DNA of 53,361 nucleotides, counting the filler, from Streblomastix strix (taxonomy: Eukaryota), in the NCBI GenBank assembly GCA_008636045.1. It is 3 parts of 3 records of this genome, joined end to end, with 100 filler letters (N's around TTAATTAATTAA, not from the genome) between each part and the next. Parts side by side here need not be neighbours in the genome. Positions count along the whole stretch, not along the records: positions 35,665 to 53,361 come from SNRW01000684.1; 2 more parts are not named here. One strand, written 5' to 3'. A model generated the notes under the pieces. It worked only from the letters and a program-made list of their open reading frames with translations, ran no database searches and was not told the origin of the DNA. A program made the translations under genes and the position numbers. This document shows, piece by piece, positions 51,428 to 53,361 of this stretch (positions are counted from its first letter, which is position 1; each line of letters begins with the position of its first letter).

Positions 51428-53361
51428 ATGAAGCGTCTAAGAAAAGAAAGTTTTAAATCAGAAGAGACGAAAGAAATTATCGACATAAGTGATCCTGAAG
51501 TTTGTAAAAATATCTAATATTTGATTTTTTTCAATTTTTTTTAATTTCAAACATAATTTTATAGACTATTGATTTAACACAAGTAATTTTTGAAGAAGGA
51601 AATGAATAAACAGAAAAACTAAATATAATTACAAGATAATAAAGTAAAAAAGAACAAAATAATTATAGAAATCTTACAGTGAAGAAAGAACATGAAAAGA
51701 AATCAGATGAAGGAGACAATGAAATTAATCTTAACATAATAAGAGATAATACTTAAGACCATTTGTTTCCAAAAATTTCAAAATTTCTATCTGACCGTGA
51801 GAAAGCTTCAAGTTCAATTTCTTTGAATGAAGACATTATCAGTTTAAAAAAACAAGACATAAAAATAAAAATTCAAGGAAAAAATAAAAGAAATAGATAA
51901 TAATTGAATGAGTCATCTGAAGATAGTGAACCTTAAGAATTAATTGAATAAAATAAAAATAATATGAGAAAGAAATAAAAATAATTAATTAAAAGTAATA
52001 AAAAAGATCAATGTAAAGATGAAGATGAAAATTCAATTGATGAAAGAAAAGAAAAAGAAGAAGATCATGAAGGCGATGGTTTAAAAAGAGAAAAGAAGAA
52101 AAAGAAGAAGAAACAGAAAAAAAAGAAAATTAAGAAAAAATAAATGAAAAAAGGAATTTTGATGGAAAAAAATAACACTGATGATGTTTAGGATAATAAG
52201 TATGATAGATAAGATAATTAAATTGATTAAAATGAGGATGAAGATGATGATGCAGATGATGAAAGAACTGAAGAAGATGAAGAAAAAAGAAATGATGAAA
52301 AATAGAATGAAAGCAAGGAAGAAGAAAACAGTATTTAAGATGAAACTTCTATTGATTCATCTGAATCAATTGAAGATGATGAATACAATCAAAATCAAGA
52401 AGAAGAAAGAGAGAAAATAATAGAAGAAATTTGAAACTTAATTCGCAATTTACCAAAAATGGTAGATGATATCTTGAATAAATAACAGTAAGTAATTTAA
52501 GAACAAGAATAATATCATACATATAATGATTATTTAGATATATTTAAGTAATATAAATTTGATAAAGTAAATCTAGCTATAACTAATATATATATAAATT
52601 CTAAATAAAATGATAAAAAAACATTAACACAATTACTGCATGAAATATAGAATATTTAATAGCCATAGAAATAATAATAATTGATAAATAATGAAGAAGA
52701 AGATAATGAAGATGAGTAGAAAGATAATCAAAAAGAAATAAATATGTAAGATTCATAAAAAATTAAAAAATAAAATTAATAATAAAAATAATAGAAACTA
52801 ATATATTGCCACCCATTTGATATGCAATTCTGCAAAATTTTAATATATCTAATTATGTTGATTAATTACAAAAAGAGTTAATAATCTTAATTAAAATAAA
52901 AATAATAAAAGTAATAATTAAATATTAATATTATTGATGGAATTATGGAATTTATTTATAATTCTGCATCTTTTGTGTATAAAAGAAAAAAGTAAAAGAA
53001 TAGAATCTAATATTCCTGCAACTTCAGAATTTTCTAAAATTTTCATATTCTATTGCAATAAAACTCAAGTACATTAATTCCCGTATCTCAAAAATAGATT
53101 AATAGTCATTTAAAACTTCTCCTTCTTCTTTCCAAAAGATAAAACTCTCCAATTTTTATCCTATTACATAAGATTCTAATTTCATATATATATGAAAATA
53201 ATTAATAAATGAAATTCTCTAATAAATTATTATAAATAAACTAATAAATTAATCCATCTATAAATATAATATAAAACATAACTAAAAAATAGCCAGTCTT
53301 ATAGATTACAACATAAATGAGGAATTATAAATATTCTTATGGTATTTACTATATATCAATA
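51428..53361 (+). CDS. Hypothetical protein with a K/E/D-rich N-terminal half, 3'-partial, one in-frame TGA
   Basis: MKRLRKESFK..., intron 51500-51564, then one frame open to the window end except for TGA at 52432 in EKIIEEI(TGA)NLIRNLPKMVDDIL. A poly-K NLS-like tract lies at about 52085-52140. Confidence 0.75.

Overview
Very AT-rich, intron-containing eukaryotic DNA, not prokaryotic. It is three pieces joined by 100-nt N spacers that carry an artificial TTAATTAATTAA linker: 1-17743, 17844-35564 and 35665-53361. The supplied ORF track is mostly misleading, because TAA and TAG are sense codons here (Gln, translation-table-6 type) and genes end in TGA. Re-read that way, with short GT-AG introns, nearly all of the window is coding. 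The code, intron style, ARM-rich gene families and tyrosine-recombinase element suggest an oxymonad such as Streblomastix (inference). Piece 1 holds a giant multi-exon low-complexity gene, an RRM plus helical-repeat gene, an ARM-repeat gene and the right end of a DIRS-type tyrosine-recombinase element with an ICR hairpin. Piece 2 holds a membrane protein with a C-terminal hemerythrin-like domain, a 3,105-aa single-exon MROH/HEAT-like gene and a C2-domain gene. Piece 3 holds a telobox-like Myb gene, hypothetical genes and decayed paralogue clusters. The most notable observation is in-frame TGA codons at Trp-like positions in two otherwise frameshift-free genes. This raises the possibility that TGA is both Trp and stop, leaving no dedicated stop codon. 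All translation was done by eye, so exon boundaries are approximate where stated.
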